A DNA stretch of 60,231 nt, the filler included. It is 2 parts of 2 records of this genome, joined end to end, with 100 filler letters (N's around TTAATTAATTAA, not from the genome) between each part and the next. Parts side by side here need not be neighbours in the genome. Positions count along the whole stretch, not along the records: positions 30,050 to 60,231 come from SRR2962707_3636; 1 more part is not named here. One strand, written 5' to 3'. Below, piece by piece: positions 39,114 through 49,109 of this stretch. Each line of letters opens with the position of its first letter. The stretch's first letter is position 1. The notes under the pieces were generated by a model. That model searched no databases, was not told where the DNA came from, and worked only from the letters and a program-made list of their open reading frames with translations. The position numbers and the translations under genes were made by a program.

Positions 39114-41282
39114 TTATTCTTCGATTCCCTCAAGATCCAGTAAAAATGCGTACTGAAGGGCAGTAGTCTTGTATCGCTTAAATCTACCCGAAGCACCGCC
39201 ATGTCCGGCTTCCATATCCGTGTCCAAAATGAGCGTATTGTCATCTGTTTTCATATCTCTCAGTTTGGCTACCCATTTGGCCGGCTCCCAATATTGTACC
39301 TGGGAATCGAATAAACCGGTAGTTACCAGCATGTTTGGATAATCCTGAGCGGTTACGTTATCATACGGCGAGTAGGACATCATATACTCGTATGATTCAA
39401 GCTCCTTAGGATTGCCCCATTCATCAAACTCATTGGTTGTCAATGGAATAGACTCATCCCACATGGTAGAAACTACGTCTACGAAAGGTACGGCTGCCAG
39501 AATGCCTCTGTAAAGCTCAGGAGCCATGTTTACAACCGCTCCCATTAGCAAACCACCTGCGCTTCCGCCTTGAGCATACAAGTGTTCAGGTGATGTGTAT
39601 CGTTCCTCGATGAGGAACTTTGAGCAGTCAATGAAATCATTGAACGTATTGATCTTTTTGAACATTTTTCCATCCTCATACCACTGACGGCCCATCATCT
39701 GACCCCCTCGGATATGTGCAATTGCGAATGCAAATCCTCTGTCAAGAAGACTCAATCGAACGGAGCTAAAGCTGGCATCAATGGTTGCACCGTAAGACCC
39801 GTATCCATATTGAAGTAATGGACCATTTCCATCTTTCTCAAATCCTTTTTTATAGACAATGGATATTGGCACTTTTTCTCCATCACGAACAGTAGCCCAT
39901 ACGCGTTCAGTTACATAATCATCCGGGTTGTGTCCGCCCACTACCTCCTGACGCTTCATTAATGTTTTCTCCTTCGTCTCCATGTTGTAATCATAAGTGG
40001 AGTTTGGAGTGGTCAACGACGTATAGCCGAATCGAAGGGTTTTGGTGTCAAATTCGGCGTTGGTTGAGATATAAGCATTGTAAGCTGGCTCACCGAAATC
40101 AAGGTAATGTTCGTCTCCTGACTCCTGATTGATGATTCGCAGATTGGTCAACCCATTTTCACGTTCATCAACTACCATGTATTCGTTGAATAGCTCAATA
40201 CCTTCAAGCAAGACATTATCTCGATGTGGAATTACTTCTTTCCAGCTGGATTCATTCGTGTTGTTCACGGAAGTCTCCATGAGCTTAAAGTTTGTTGCGT
40301 CACGATTGGTGACGATATACCACTTGTCTTTAAAGTGAGAAATACCATATTCATGTGCATTTTCATCCCGTGGGATAAACTGTTGGAAGTCACCTCTTGG
40401 ATTAGTTGCGTCCAGTACATGGTAATCGCTTACCAGTGTACTACTATTCCATATGATCACATAATCATCAGACTTGGATTTATACACACCTATGTAGAAA
40501 GACGGATCTTTTTCATGGTAAACCATTACATCCATTTCCGGTTGCGTTCCCAGTTCGTGTCGGTAGATTTTTTCTGAAAGGAGTGACACTTTGTTCTTAG
40601 CCGTGTAAAAAAAAGTCTTGTTATCATTGGCCCACGCACCACTTCCGGTAGTGTTTTCAATCTGGTCATCCAGGTATTCTCCTGTTTCCAGATTCTTAAA
40701 TCGAATGGTGTAGATTCTTCTGCTGAGCGTGTCTTCTGCAAAAGCAAGGATTTTATTGTCAGGGCTTACATTCAGACCACCAGCTGAATAGTAGCCATAA
40801 CCTTCCGCCATTTCATTTACGTTGAGAAGGACTTCCTCTTCAGCATCCAGGCTTCCTTTCTTCCTGCAGTAGATTGGATACTCTCCTCCTTCTTCATATC
40901 GGGTATAGTACCAGTAGCCGTTTGATTGATAAGGCACCGATTCATCAGTTTGCTTTATCCTCCCAACAATTTCGTCATACAATTTTTGCTGAAGGTCTTC
41001 GGTATGAGACATAACCTGTTGAGTGTAGTCATTTTCAGCATTCAGATATGCGAGGACTTCCTTTGTATGGTCGTCTGGTTCCTGAGCGCGTTTTTGTTCG
41101 TCAGTCAACCGCATCCAGAAATAGGGATCTATCCTGGTCTGGCCATGTTCCTTTAATACAGTATCAGCCTTCGCTGCAACGGGCGCATCCGGTCTCATCT
41201 TTTTATCTTCAGTTTTTTGATTGCTACATGCCAGTAGGAGGGTAAGTCCTGCAAGCATAGTCAGTGATTGGAGTTGTTTCAT
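39114..41282 (-). CDS. ptrB: Oligopeptidase B (S9A), lipoprotein form
   Basis: LLAC lipobox, DPYFWMR, YGYGSYG, GGSAGG, DSQVQYWEPAKW, GHGGASGR. Confidence 0.93.
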   Translation of the reverse strand: MKQLQSLTMLAGLTLLLACSNQKTEDKKMRPDAPVAAKADTVLKEHGQTRIDPYFWMRLTDEQKRAQEPDDHTKEVLAYLNAENDYTQQVMSHTEDLQQKLYDEIVGRIKQTDESVPYQSNGYWYYTRYEEGGEYPIYCRKKGSLDAEEEVLLNVNEMAEGYGYYSAGGLNVSPDNKILAFAEDTLSRRIYTIRFKNLETGEYLDDQIENTTGSGAWANDNKTFFYTAKNKVSLLSEKIYRHELGTQPEMDVMVYHEKDPSFYIGVYKSKSDDYVIIWNSSTLVSDYHVLDATNPRGDFQQFIPRDENAHEYGISHFKDKWYIVTNRDATNFKLMETSVNNTNESSWKEVIPHRDNVLLEGIELFNEYMVVDERENGLTNLRIINQESGDEHYLDFGEPAYNAYISTNAEFDTKTLRFGYTSLTTPNSTYDYNMETKEKTLMKRQEVVGGHNPDDYVTERVWATVRDGEKVPISIVYKKGFEKDGNGPLLQYGYGSYGATIDASFSSVRLSLLDRGFAFAIAHIRGGQMMGRQWYEDGKMFKKINTFNDFIDCSKFLIEERYTSPEHLYAQGGSAGGLLMGAVVNMAPELYRGILAAVPFVDVVSTMWDESIPLTTNEFDEWGNPKELESYEYMMSYSPYDNVTAQDYPNMLVTTGLFDSQVQYWEPAKWVAKLRDMKTDDNTLILDTDMEAGHGGASGRFKRYKTTALQYAFLLDLEGIEE

Positions 41283-41356
41283 TTGAGTGCATTTTTAGGT
41301 TGGTAAGTTCCCGAATCACTCAAAAAAAACCTAATTGATTTTTATGACTGGTAAAT

Positions 41357-41387
41357 AAAAAAGACAGGCTAAATCTACCTGTCTTTT
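41357..41387. terminator. Intrinsic terminator downstream of hbd
   Basis: AAAAGACAGG/CCTGTCTTTT stem. Confidence 0.7.
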
Positions 41388-41406
41388 ATAATGGATTTAG
41401 TACTAA

Positions 41407-42294
41407 TTACTTAAACATTTCGCTTACAACCAAATCTTTCGATCCTGGCGTGTACTTATAAAATCCTTCTCCAGTTTTTGCGCCCAGGTAGCCAGCAGTT
41501 ACCATATTCACCAATAGCGGGCATGGCGCATATTTTGGATTACCAAAACCTTCATAAAGTACATTCATAATGGACAGGCAAACATCCAGTCCAATAAAGT
41601 CAGCCAGTTGAAGTGGACCCATTGGGTGAGCCATACCAAGTTTCATTACTGTATCAATTTCTTCTACTCCGGCAACTCCCTCGTGAAGCGTGATTATCGC
41701 CTCATTGATCATAGGCATCAAAATTCTGTTAGCCACAAATCCCGGGTAGTCATTTACTTCAACCGGAACCTTTTTCAGGTTCTTGCTCATCTCCATGATG
41801 GTACTGGTTGTTTCATCTGAGGTAGCATAACCACGAATGACCTCAATCAACTTCATCACCGGTACCGGGTTCATAAAGTGCATCCCGATTACTTTTTCTG
41901 GCCGTTTCGTTGCTGCGGCAATTTTGGTAATCGAGATGGAAGAGGTGTTAGTTGCCAGTATCGCTTTATCGGGAGCATTGGCATCCATCGTCTCAAAAAT
42001 CTTCTTCTTAATGTCGAAGTTTTCAGTTGCGGCCTCTACCACCAGGTCAGCATTTTTGACTCCTTCTTCGGTGGAGGTAAAAGTGGTGATATTTTTCAGT
42101 GCCGCATCTTTATCAGCTGCTGAAATTTTTTCTTTCTGAACCATACGATCCAGATTTTTAGTAACGGTAGCTATCGCTTTTTCGAGTGCCGCTTCGTTGA
42201 TGTCGATTAAAGCAACATTAAATCCATTTTGAGCAAAAACGTGCGCGATCCCATTCCCCATAGTACCGCTTCCTATTACTGATATGTTTTTCAT
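41407..42294 (-). CDS. hbd: 3-hydroxybutyryl-CoA dehydrogenase
   Basis: GSGTMGNGIA, ATNTSS, GMHFMNP, HPMGPL, GAKTGEGFY. Confidence 0.92.
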   Translation of the reverse strand: MKNISVIGSGTMGNGIAHVFAQNGFNVALIDINEAALEKAIATVTKNLDRMVQKEKISAADKDAALKNITTFTSTEEGVKNADLVVEAATENFDIKKKIFETMDANAPDKAILATNTSSISITKIAAATKRPEKVIGMHFMNPVPVMKLIEVIRGYATSDETTSTIMEMSKNLKKVPVEVNDYPGFVANRILMPMINEAIITLHEGVAGVEEIDTVMKLGMAHPMGPLQLADFIGLDVCLSIMNVLYEGFGNPKYAPCPLLVNMVTAGYLGAKTGEGFYKYTPGSKDLVVSEMFK

Positions 42295-42351
42295 TTTGAT
42301 TTTTTAGGTTCTATTTAAAAAAACAGGGCTATTCTGAACTTGTTTCAGAAT

Positions 42352-42378
42352 AAAAAAGCCCTGAGCATCGTTCAGGGC
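42352..42378 (-). terminator. Intrinsic terminator downstream of fbaA
   Basis: GCCCTGA/TCAGGGC stem plus a minus-strand T-tract; a second palindrome TATTCTGAA/TTCAGAATA lies at 42330-42352. Confidence 0.7.
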
Positions 42379-42389
42379 GCTTTGATCGT

Positions 42390-43454
42390 TTAGCTGTTTT
42401 TTCCTACACAGTTCAAATCTTCAAAAGCTACTTTTAATCGCTCCACAAAAGATTTTTCTGCTTCTCTGATCCAGACTCTCGGGTCGTACTTTTTCTTATT
42501 GGGCTTATCATCACCTTCCGGATTTCCAATTTGTCCCTGTAGGTAGCCTTCATTTGCCTGATAATATTCTCGAACACCATCCCAATAAGCCCACTGAAGA
42601 TCAGTATCAATGTTCATTTTAATGGCTCCATATGTGATTGCCTCACGAATCTCTTCTCGTGAAGAACCTGATCCACCATGAAATACAAAATTAACAGGGT
42701 TGTGACCTGTACTATGCTTTTCTTCGATGTGATCCTGAGAGTTCTTAAGGATAATGGGAGTCAGCTTCACATTCCCTGGTTTGTAAACACCATGCACATT
42801 GCCGAAAGCCGCGGCTATAGTGAAATTATCACTAACCTCTTTCAATTTTTCGTAGGCATATGCTACTTCTTCAGGCTGAGTGTAAAGCATGGAGTTATCA
42901 ATGCCAGTGTTATCTACTCCGTCTTCTTCTCCACCGGTAACACCTAGTTCGATTTCCAAAGTTATACCCATTTTAGTCATGCGCTTAAAGTATTCGACAC
43001 ATGTTTCAATATTCTCCTCAATAGGCTCCTCTGATAAGTCAAGCATGTGTGAAGAGTAAAGTGGTTTGCCGGTCTGCTCAAAATGTTTTTCTCCTGCATC
43101 AAGCAATCCATCAATCCATGGAAGGAGTTTTCGGGCTGCATGGTCAGTGTGAAGAATCACGGTAACTCCATATGCTTCTGCCAATTGATGAACGTGGTGA
43201 GCTCCCGCGATACCACCGGCTATTGCTGCAGCCTGATCATCATTAGAAAGCCCCTTGCCAGCCATAAATGCGGCCCCACCATTGGAGAATTGGATCATAA
43301 CAGGAGAGTTGACATCTCTGGCTGCTTCCAAAACGGCATTCACCGTGCTTGAGCTGGTTACGTTTACCGCTGGTAAGGCAAAGTTGTTTTCATTAGCATA
43401 ATTGAGAAGGTCTGTCACCTCCTGTCCGGTTAGAACACCAGGTCTGAATTTCAT
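42390..43454 (-). CDS. fbaA: Class II fructose-bisphosphate aldolase
   Basis: LHTDH, SSHMLDLS, ELGVTGGEED, GNVHG, FHGGSG, KMNIDTD. Confidence 0.97.
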   Translation of the reverse strand: MKFRPGVLTGQEVTDLLNYANENNFALPAVNVTSSSTVNAVLEAARDVNSPVMIQFSNGGAAFMAGKGLSNDDQAAAIAGGIAGAHHVHQLAEAYGVTVILHTDHAARKLLPWIDGLLDAGEKHFEQTGKPLYSSHMLDLSEEPIEENIETCVEYFKRMTKMGITLEIELGVTGGEEDGVDNTGIDNSMLYTQPEEVAYAYEKLKEVSDNFTIAAAFGNVHGVYKPGNVKLTPIILKNSQDHIEEKHSTGHNPVNFVFHGGSGSSREEIREAITYGAIKMNIDTDLQWAYWDGVREYYQANEGYLQGQIGNPEGDDKPNKKKYDPRVWIREAEKSFVERLKVAFEDLNCVGKNS

Positions 43455-43493
43455 TGTGTAAGGATTTGAGAGTTATAAACAGAATTTGTTCCG

Positions 43494-43501
43494 CAAATAT
43501 A
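43494..43501 (-). promoter_or_regulatory. Bacteroidota -7 promoter element (TATATTTG) for fbaA
   Basis: TAnnTTTG about 40 nt upstream of the ATG. Confidence 0.55.
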
Positions 43502-43531
43502 ACTTCCTCCTTACGGAATGAAAATGATGAA

Positions 43532-43678
43532 TCATGCTTCGTTGTAGGCCTGCTGCACAGACTCTGTGTCTATCTTGGGATCAGAATCGATAAGCTGTGA
43601 TTCTCTATCCCATTTGTAGCTGGCTAAAGCGAACAGGATGACTAGGTACAGAAGTTTGATTAGGATTTTCCACTTCAT
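43532..43678 (-). CDS. 48-aa putative membrane-anchored/secreted peptide (not in ORF track)
   Basis: MKWKILIKLLYLVILFALASYKWDRESQLIDSDPKIDTESVQQAYNEA*, preceded by an ECF-like promoter. Confidence 0.55.
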   Translation of the reverse strand: MKWKILIKLLYLVILFALASYKWDRESQLIDSDPKIDTESVQQAYNEA

Positions 43679-43833
43679 AGACCTTTTGGACACACGATTG
43701 ATTCTAAAGGTTTAAAGGAGTTGAAAAAAATGAGGGTTTGTAGACGAAAGGTGCATATTCTTAGACGAATGAAAATGGCGCAACACTTTGAGATTGAGTT
43801 TGTTGACCTTTGAGCTGCGCCATAGTCCGTTCA

Positions 43834-44169
43834 TTATTTGTCGTCCATTTCCCTTTTCATCATTGCATAGTAAATAAGGAATCCGATGGAGATACTTACT
43901 GCCTCAATTCCATAGGGCATTGCCTCGTCACCATCTAAGCCCATTGAGTCAATTACAATTAGCCCCAAGCCACCAAACAAAACGATAAGCCCCCATTTCA
44001 GGGCACTGTGCCTGTTATCTTTTTTTGTAAACAGGTTAGCAGTCTCTGAATTGACCATGTCTTTATCAATGAGTTTCTTTTTCAATGAGTAATTAGTGAG
44101 CGTGGTTACAAAAAGAATCACTGATCCGAAAACCGATATGATTGCTATAATTGGTATTAAATCGTTCAT
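43834..44169 (-). CDS. DUF6249-like small membrane protein
   Basis: TM, 'KKKLIDK', 'ALKWGLIVLFGGLGL', 2 more TM; divergent from the ECF sigma gene. Confidence 0.65.
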   Translation of the reverse strand: MNDLIPIIAIISVFGSVILFVTTLTNYSLKKKLIDKDMVNSETANLFTKKDNRHSALKWGLIVLFGGLGLIVIDSMGLDGDEAMPYGIEAVSISIGFLIYYAMMKREMDDK

Positions 44170-44204
44170 GATTGTTTAATTTTTATGTTGAACATCTTTT
44201 CCGG

Positions 44205-44288
44205 TTGGACAGCACAGGGTTATGGAAATGTTGCAGCGGGTAAAAATATTTTTTTCAGTGCAACATTGGAAGTTTTAAAACTGACATA
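44205..44288. promoter_or_regulatory. Back-to-back ECF-type promoters
   Basis: Minus strand GCAACA-N17-TGTCCAA (44234-44205); plus strand GCAACA-N16-TGACATA (44260-44288). Confidence 0.55.
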
Positions 44289-44297
44289 TAGGTATCC

Positions 44298-44843
44298 ATG
44301 CAAGAAAAAGAACTGGTACGTCAGGTATTGAACGGGAGCGATTCTGCTATACGGTTACTCATAAGCAAATATGAGCGACTGGTAGTACATATGGTGGCCA
44401 GAGCTGTATCAAATGATATGGACAGGGAAGAATTGTGCCAGGATGTATTTGTAAAAGTGATTGATAAACTCAATACTTTCCATTTTGACTCGAAGCTTTC
44501 TACTTGGATTGCAACCATTGCTTATCGCATGGCCGTGAATTTTGCGAAGAAGAGAAAAATGGATCAGGTTGGTTTGGATGAAGTGGAATTTAGAATAGGA
44601 GATGAATCAAAAACGACAGAAGAGGTTGATATGAAGCGTTTTATATTGAAATTAGTAGATCAATTACCTGTTAATTATAAAACGGTCCTGACGCTGTTTT
44701 ATCTGGAAGGATTTAGTTACCCTGAGATTGTGGAGGTGACAGGAATGCCGGAGGGAACAGTGAAGAACTACATTCACCGAGCAAGACAGAAATTAAAAAA
44801 GATTGTAGAAGAGCAAGCAAGAAAGGAGGTAGCATTGCTATGA
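44298..44843 (+). CDS. ECF RNA polymerase sigma-70 factor
   Basis: 'ELCQDVFVKV', 'LSTWIATIAYR', 'FSYPEI....GMPEGTVKNYIHRAR'. Confidence 0.95.
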   Translation: MQEKELVRQVLNGSDSAIRLLISKYERLVVHMVARAVSNDMDREELCQDVFVKVIDKLNTFHFDSKLSTWIATIAYRMAVNFAKKRKMDQVGLDEVEFRIGDESKTTEEVDMKRFILKLVDQLPVNYKTVLTLFYLEGFSYPEIVEVTGMPEGTVKNYIHRARQKLKKIVEEQARKEVALL

Positions 44844-45181
44844 CAAAACGAATAGAAGATTTGATAGATGAGGCACTAAAGTCAGAACCCTCATTTCAAT
44901 TAAGAAAGGATTTTAAAGATCGGGTGGTACACGCCATTCGGAAAAAAGAAAAAGCGAGCCAACGTAGGCTTTACCTTTGGATGGCACTGGGAACGCTTGT
45001 GATATTTGGCTTTGGATATGCAACCATCGCTTATTTTATGCCCGCTGTGTTGGAGAATTTCGGTGGAGCAGTGAATTCATTGGAGAACTTGGTGCCACTT
45101 GGAGTGCTAGCAGGGGTGATTGTTTTTATCATTCAATACCTGGATAAGAAACTGGTCAAGGATCGCATGCTCCATATTTGA
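44840..45181 (+). CDS. Putative membrane anti-sigma factor
   Basis: Overlaps the sigma stop codon; 'P...L..DF..RV' N-terminus and 2 TM helices. Confidence 0.6.
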   Translation: MTKRIEDLIDEALKSEPSFQLRKDFKDRVVHAIRKKEKASQRRLYLWMALGTLVIFGFGYATIAYFMPAVLENFGGAVNSLENLVPLGVLAGVIVFIIQYLDKKLVKDRMLHI

Positions 45182-45189
45182 TTTTTATA

Positions 45190-45582
45190 TTAAAGAAATG
45201 GCTGATCGATAGGTTCCCAAAGTTCGATTTTTCGACCTTCCGGATCCATGATCCAGCCAAACTTTCCGTACTCAAACTCTTCTATTTCACCGATTACCTC
45301 TACACCTTCTTCCTTTAGGGTTTCAAGTAGTTCCACCAGGTTTTCTACCCGGTAATTGAACATGTATTCTTTCTCGCTCGGACCAAAATATTTGGTGTCG
45401 GCACTGAAGGGACTCCAGGCGGTAGTACAAACCTTCTCCTTGTCTTCGTGATCTCTCCACTTAAACAGACCACCATATTGGTCTGATTCGATCCCAAGGT
45501 GATCATTGTACCATTTTTTCATTTTTTCAGGATCATTAGTCTTGAAGAAAATACCTCCGATTCCTGTCACTCGCTTTTTCAT
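45190..45582 (-). CDS. VOC/glyoxalase family protein
   Basis: 'VTGIGGIFFK', 'YGKFGWIMDPEGRKIELWEP'. Confidence 0.92.
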   Translation of the reverse strand: MKKRVTGIGGIFFKTNDPEKMKKWYNDHLGIESDQYGGLFKWRDHEDKEKVCTTAWSPFSADTKYFGPSEKEYMFNYRVENLVELLETLKEEGVEVIGEIEEFEYGKFGWIMDPEGRKIELWEPIDQPFL

Positions 45583-45665
45583 AGGCTTGTTCGTTTTGAG
45601 CCAAATAAAACAAAAAAAAAGACGGGTGGGAAATGAAAAGCAAAAATCACCTGAAAGGATGAGGG

Positions 45666-45920
45666 TTATTTACCCTCTTTACATTCCAGGTATTGTTCCA
45701 TTGCTCTTTCAGCCTCTGCTTGGGCCATAGCCGCTTCTGCGGCTCGTTGCTCAGCTAAAACTGTCAATTGGTCTGCTCTTTCTTTTTCAGCCTCTGCTTC
45801 TTGCTGAGCTACTTCAGTTGCCATCATGGCCTTCTCTGCTTCATCAGCTTTGATAAACACATATGCAAAAAAGAAAAGGGAAGTAAAGATCAGAATAATG
45901 ATTAGGATGTTCTTTTTCAT
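45666..45920 (-). CDS. Small TM + coiled-coil protein (paralogue 3 of 3)
   Basis: MKKNILIIIL...FIKADEAEKA...LECKEGK. Confidence 0.75.
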   Translation of the reverse strand: MKKNILIIILIFTSLFFFAYVFIKADEAEKAMMATEVAQQEAEAEKERADQLTVLAEQRAAEAAMAQAEAERAMEQYLECKEGK

Positions 45921-45927
45921 GATTAGG

Positions 45928-46170
45928 TTACTTTGACTGACATTCTGCTAACATTCTTTCAGCCTCAGCTTGAGCTATTCTGGCTTCAGCTGCTGCATTC
46001 AGGGCTTGTTGTTTAAGTTCCTCAGCTTGTTCTTCAAGTCTAATTACCTGGCTTCTCTGATTTTGTGCCTCAATAGCAGCTTTCTCAGCTTCATCTGCTT
46101 TAATAAAAGCATACGCAAAGAAGAATAGAGTCGTTAATGCTAAAATTATGATTAGGATGTTCTTTTTCAT
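45928..46170 (-). CDS. Small TM + coiled-coil protein (paralogue 2 of 3)
   Basis: MKKNILIIIL...FIKADEAEKA...AECQSK. Confidence 0.75.
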   Translation of the reverse strand: MKKNILIIILALTTLFFFAYAFIKADEAEKAAIEAQNQRSQVIRLEEQAEELKQQALNAAAEARIAQAEAERMLAECQSK

Positions 46171-46186
46171 TGTGATTAATTAAGTG

Positions 46187-46864
46187 TTATTTGGATGATT
46201 CACAATCTGCAAGGGCTTGAGCAGCAGCTTCTTCTGCCATAGCTTGTAATTCTACGGCCCGGTCTCTCAGTTTTTCTACCTCCTGTTTCTGCATCTCAGC
46301 TTCTATACGTGCTTTTTCTGCTTCATCCGCTTTTATGAAGGAGTATATCAAAAATGAGACACATAATAATCCCATGATGCAGAAGGTAATGATTTGTGTG
46401 CTTTTGTTCATTTGTCTTCGAATGATTAGTCGATCCAGTAAATATATAAATGCTAAAAAAGTAGCGATCAGTGAAGTAAGTATAGTTTCAAAATAGGTTG
46501 CCGGTAGTAAGGCAAATACACCAAGCATTTTTAAGTAATCAACCCAATGTTTTTCTGTTCTCCCTTTGAATCGCTGGAAATAAATAAATACTAAAATGGC
46601 AGCTGCCAGGGCAGGTAACCAGCTACCAACAAACACATATTCCCTTCTCACCTGAAGAGATATGAGCCAGAATACTAAAGCGATCACTGTTGGTTTGCTC
46701 CATGATTTCTCAGGATTTTCAAGCAGAAAATAATAGATGACGAGAACACCAAAGAGCGTAAGAAACATCAAGCTACTAGGCTCAGTGTTTAAAAAGTTTT
46801 TACTTATGGCTATACCGGCCATGAATAGGATCCATGGGAGCCCATACTTCAGCGCATCTTTCAT
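46187..46864 (-). CDS. Multi-TM protein with C-terminal TM + coiled-coil module (paralogue 1 of 3)
   Basis: About 6 TM helices, then ...FIKADEAEKA...ADCESSK. Confidence 0.75.
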   Translation of the reverse strand: MKDALKYGLPWILFMAGIAISKNFLNTEPSSLMFLTLFGVLVIYYFLLENPEKSWSKPTVIALVFWLISLQVRREYVFVGSWLPALAAAILVFIYFQRFKGRTEKHWVDYLKMLGVFALLPATYFETILTSLIATFLAFIYLLDRLIIRRQMNKSTQIITFCIMGLLCVSFLIYSFIKADEAEKARIEAEMQKQEVEKLRDRAVELQAMAEEAAAQALADCESSK

Positions 46865-47003
46865 TCGATGGATCGGATCAGGTTAAATTTTATTAAAAAT
46901 ACTGGTTTTGGCGTACTCTTTGAACCGCTCACAAAAAAACTGCTATTTTTAAAATCAATCTTTTCAATATTGCGTTGAAAGAATACGTCTAAAATTTAAG
47001 TAC

Positions 47004-49058
47004 ATGAACAAGTTGTTGTTGATAGTCGGGTTTGCACTTCTTACCTCGTTTGGTGTTTCTACAGAATATAGCGAAGACATTCAGTTCTTCATTGCAGGTG
47101 ATACCCTGAAAACACTGGAGCCTAAGGAAGAGCACCCAAGTGAAGCATATGTGATTACCAACCTTTTAAAGCGCATCCATTACAGGAAGCTTGCTTTAAA
47201 TGATTCCATTTCATCTGTGATTTTCAATAATTACCTGGAATCGCTTGACCCTAACAAGGCCACTTTCTATGCCTCAGATATTGAGGGATTTGAATCTTAC
47301 CGATACAAACTGGATGATCAGATTCCTGAAGGCGATCTTCAGTTTGCATATGATGTATTTGATATTTACCGAAAGCGTTCACTCAGCCAGATCGACTATG
47401 TTTTTGAGCTTCTTAAGACAGAGTTTGACTTCTCGAAAGAGGAGCATTATGTTTTTGACCGTGAAGATGCCAACTGGCCTGAAAATCAGGAGGAGCGTAA
47501 TGAGATTTGGCGAAAAATTATTAAAAATCAGGCACTAAGCTACAAGTTAGCAGGACGTGACTGGGATGATATCTCTGAAAGCCTGACCAAAAGATATCAG
47601 CGAATTCAAAAGGCCATCTATCAATACAACAGTGAGGATGTATTTCAGAGTTACATGAATGCATACACCAATGCGTATGACCCACATACGGATTACTTCT
47701 CACCACCCGACGCTGAAAACTTTCAGATAGACATGAGTCTTTCCCTGGAAGGTATAGGTGCTCGATTAATGCAAAACCTGGATTATACGCAGGTCGCGGA
47801 GATCATTCCCGGTGGACCAGCTTATAAGAGTAAGCAACTGCATAAAGATGATAAAATAATCGGGGTTGCTCAGGGGGATGATGGTGAGTTTGTGGATGTC
47901 ATTGGCTGGAGGCTGGATGACGTTGTAGCCCGAATTCGAGGTGAAAAGGGATCTGTTGTTCGATTGCAGATATTGAAGGCCAGTGAAGGGATCAACGCAT
48001 TACCTGACACATTGCGCCTGGTTCGAGAAAAAATCAATTTGGAGCAACAGGCGGCTAAATCTGAAATGATTCCGATCACTGAAGGTAACACCACCTATAA
48101 TCTTGGTGTGATTACGGTTCCCAGCTTTTATCTAAACTTCGAAGAGTTACGCGCCGGAAAGGAAGATTACAGAAGCACAACCAGAGATGTGAAGAAACTG
48201 ATTACGGATTTGGAAAGTCAGGGCATGGATGGATTACTCATTGACCTTCGGTTTAATGGCGGTGGTTCCCTGCAGGAGGCAATTGAGATGAGTGGTCTAT
48301 TTATCCCCGATGGTCCGGTCGTGCAGGTGAGAAACTATGATCAATCCGTTGATAAAATGGATGATGAAGATGGGGGTGAGGTGTTTTATGATGGTCCACT
48401 GGCCGTGTTGGTAAATAGAGGAAGTGCATCAGCTTCTGAAATATTCTCCGGAGCGATTCAGGATTACCGCAGAGGGGTGATCATAGGAGAGAGCACCTTT
48501 GGAAAGGGCACGGTTCAGAATGTAATTGACCTAAGCAGATACATCAGAAATCCTGAGCTGAATTTGGGGCAGGTTAAAATGACACTTGCTAAGTTTTACC
48601 GTGTGACAGGAAGCAGTAACCAACGTGTAGGAATAGCACCCGATGTGCATTTTCCTTCCATCTACTCTCAGGAAGATTTTGGAGAGGCGAGTCGTGAAAA
48701 TGCATTGCCGTGGGACGAAATAGCGAGTGCGAAATTTAATCCAACGAATACGATTTCAGAAGAATTGCTGGATCATCTGAATGCCCTTTACCGAGAAGAT
48801 TTGAACACAGATCCGGATCTTCAAAAACTTGTCAGAGACATTGAAAAAGCAAAAGAAAACCGCAATCGCAAATCTGTATCGTTGAATCTGGAAACAAGAA
48901 AAGCAAACTCAAACAATGATGAAGATGACCTGGCTACTGCGGTTGACAATTCAGATATTGTTGAGAAGGACGAAATAGATGAAAAGCTGAAGAAAGATCC
49001 TTATTTGAAGGAGGGACTCAAGCTATTGGCAGCCATGAAAAAATATAAAATAGGCTAG
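47004..49058 (+). CDS. prc: Carboxy-terminal processing protease (S41A, Prc/Tsp)
   Basis: DPHTDY, LEGIGA PDZ, DLRFNGGGSL, SASASEI, FGKGTVQ. Confidence 0.93.
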   Translation: MNKLLLIVGFALLTSFGVSTEYSEDIQFFIAGDTLKTLEPKEEHPSEAYVITNLLKRIHYRKLALNDSISSVIFNNYLESLDPNKATFYASDIEGFESYRYKLDDQIPEGDLQFAYDVFDIYRKRSLSQIDYVFELLKTEFDFSKEEHYVFDREDANWPENQEERNEIWRKIIKNQALSYKLAGRDWDDISESLTKRYQRIQKAIYQYNSEDVFQSYMNAYTNAYDPHTDYFSPPDAENFQIDMSLSLEGIGARLMQNLDYTQVAEIIPGGPAYKSKQLHKDDKIIGVAQGDDGEFVDVIGWRLDDVVARIRGEKGSVVRLQILKASEGINALPDTLRLVREKINLEQQAAKSEMIPITEGNTTYNLGVITVPSFYLNFEELRAGKEDYRSTTRDVKKLITDLESQGMDGLLIDLRFNGGGSLQEAIEMSGLFIPDGPVVQVRNYDQSVDKMDDEDGGEVFYDGPLAVLVNRGSASASEIFSGAIQDYRRGVIIGESTFGKGTVQNVIDLSRYIRNPELNLGQVKMTLAKFYRVTGSSNQRVGIAPDVHFPSIYSQEDFGEASRENALPWDEIASAKFNPTNTISEELLDHLNALYREDLNTDPDLQKLVRDIEKAKENRNRKSVSLNLETRKANSNNDEDDLATAVDNSDIVEKDEIDEKLKKDPYLKEGLKLLAAMKKYKIG

Positions 49059-49109
49059 GCAACCATTTTTGGATTTCTTCATCTTTACATTGAAACCAAT
49101 CTTTAAGTC

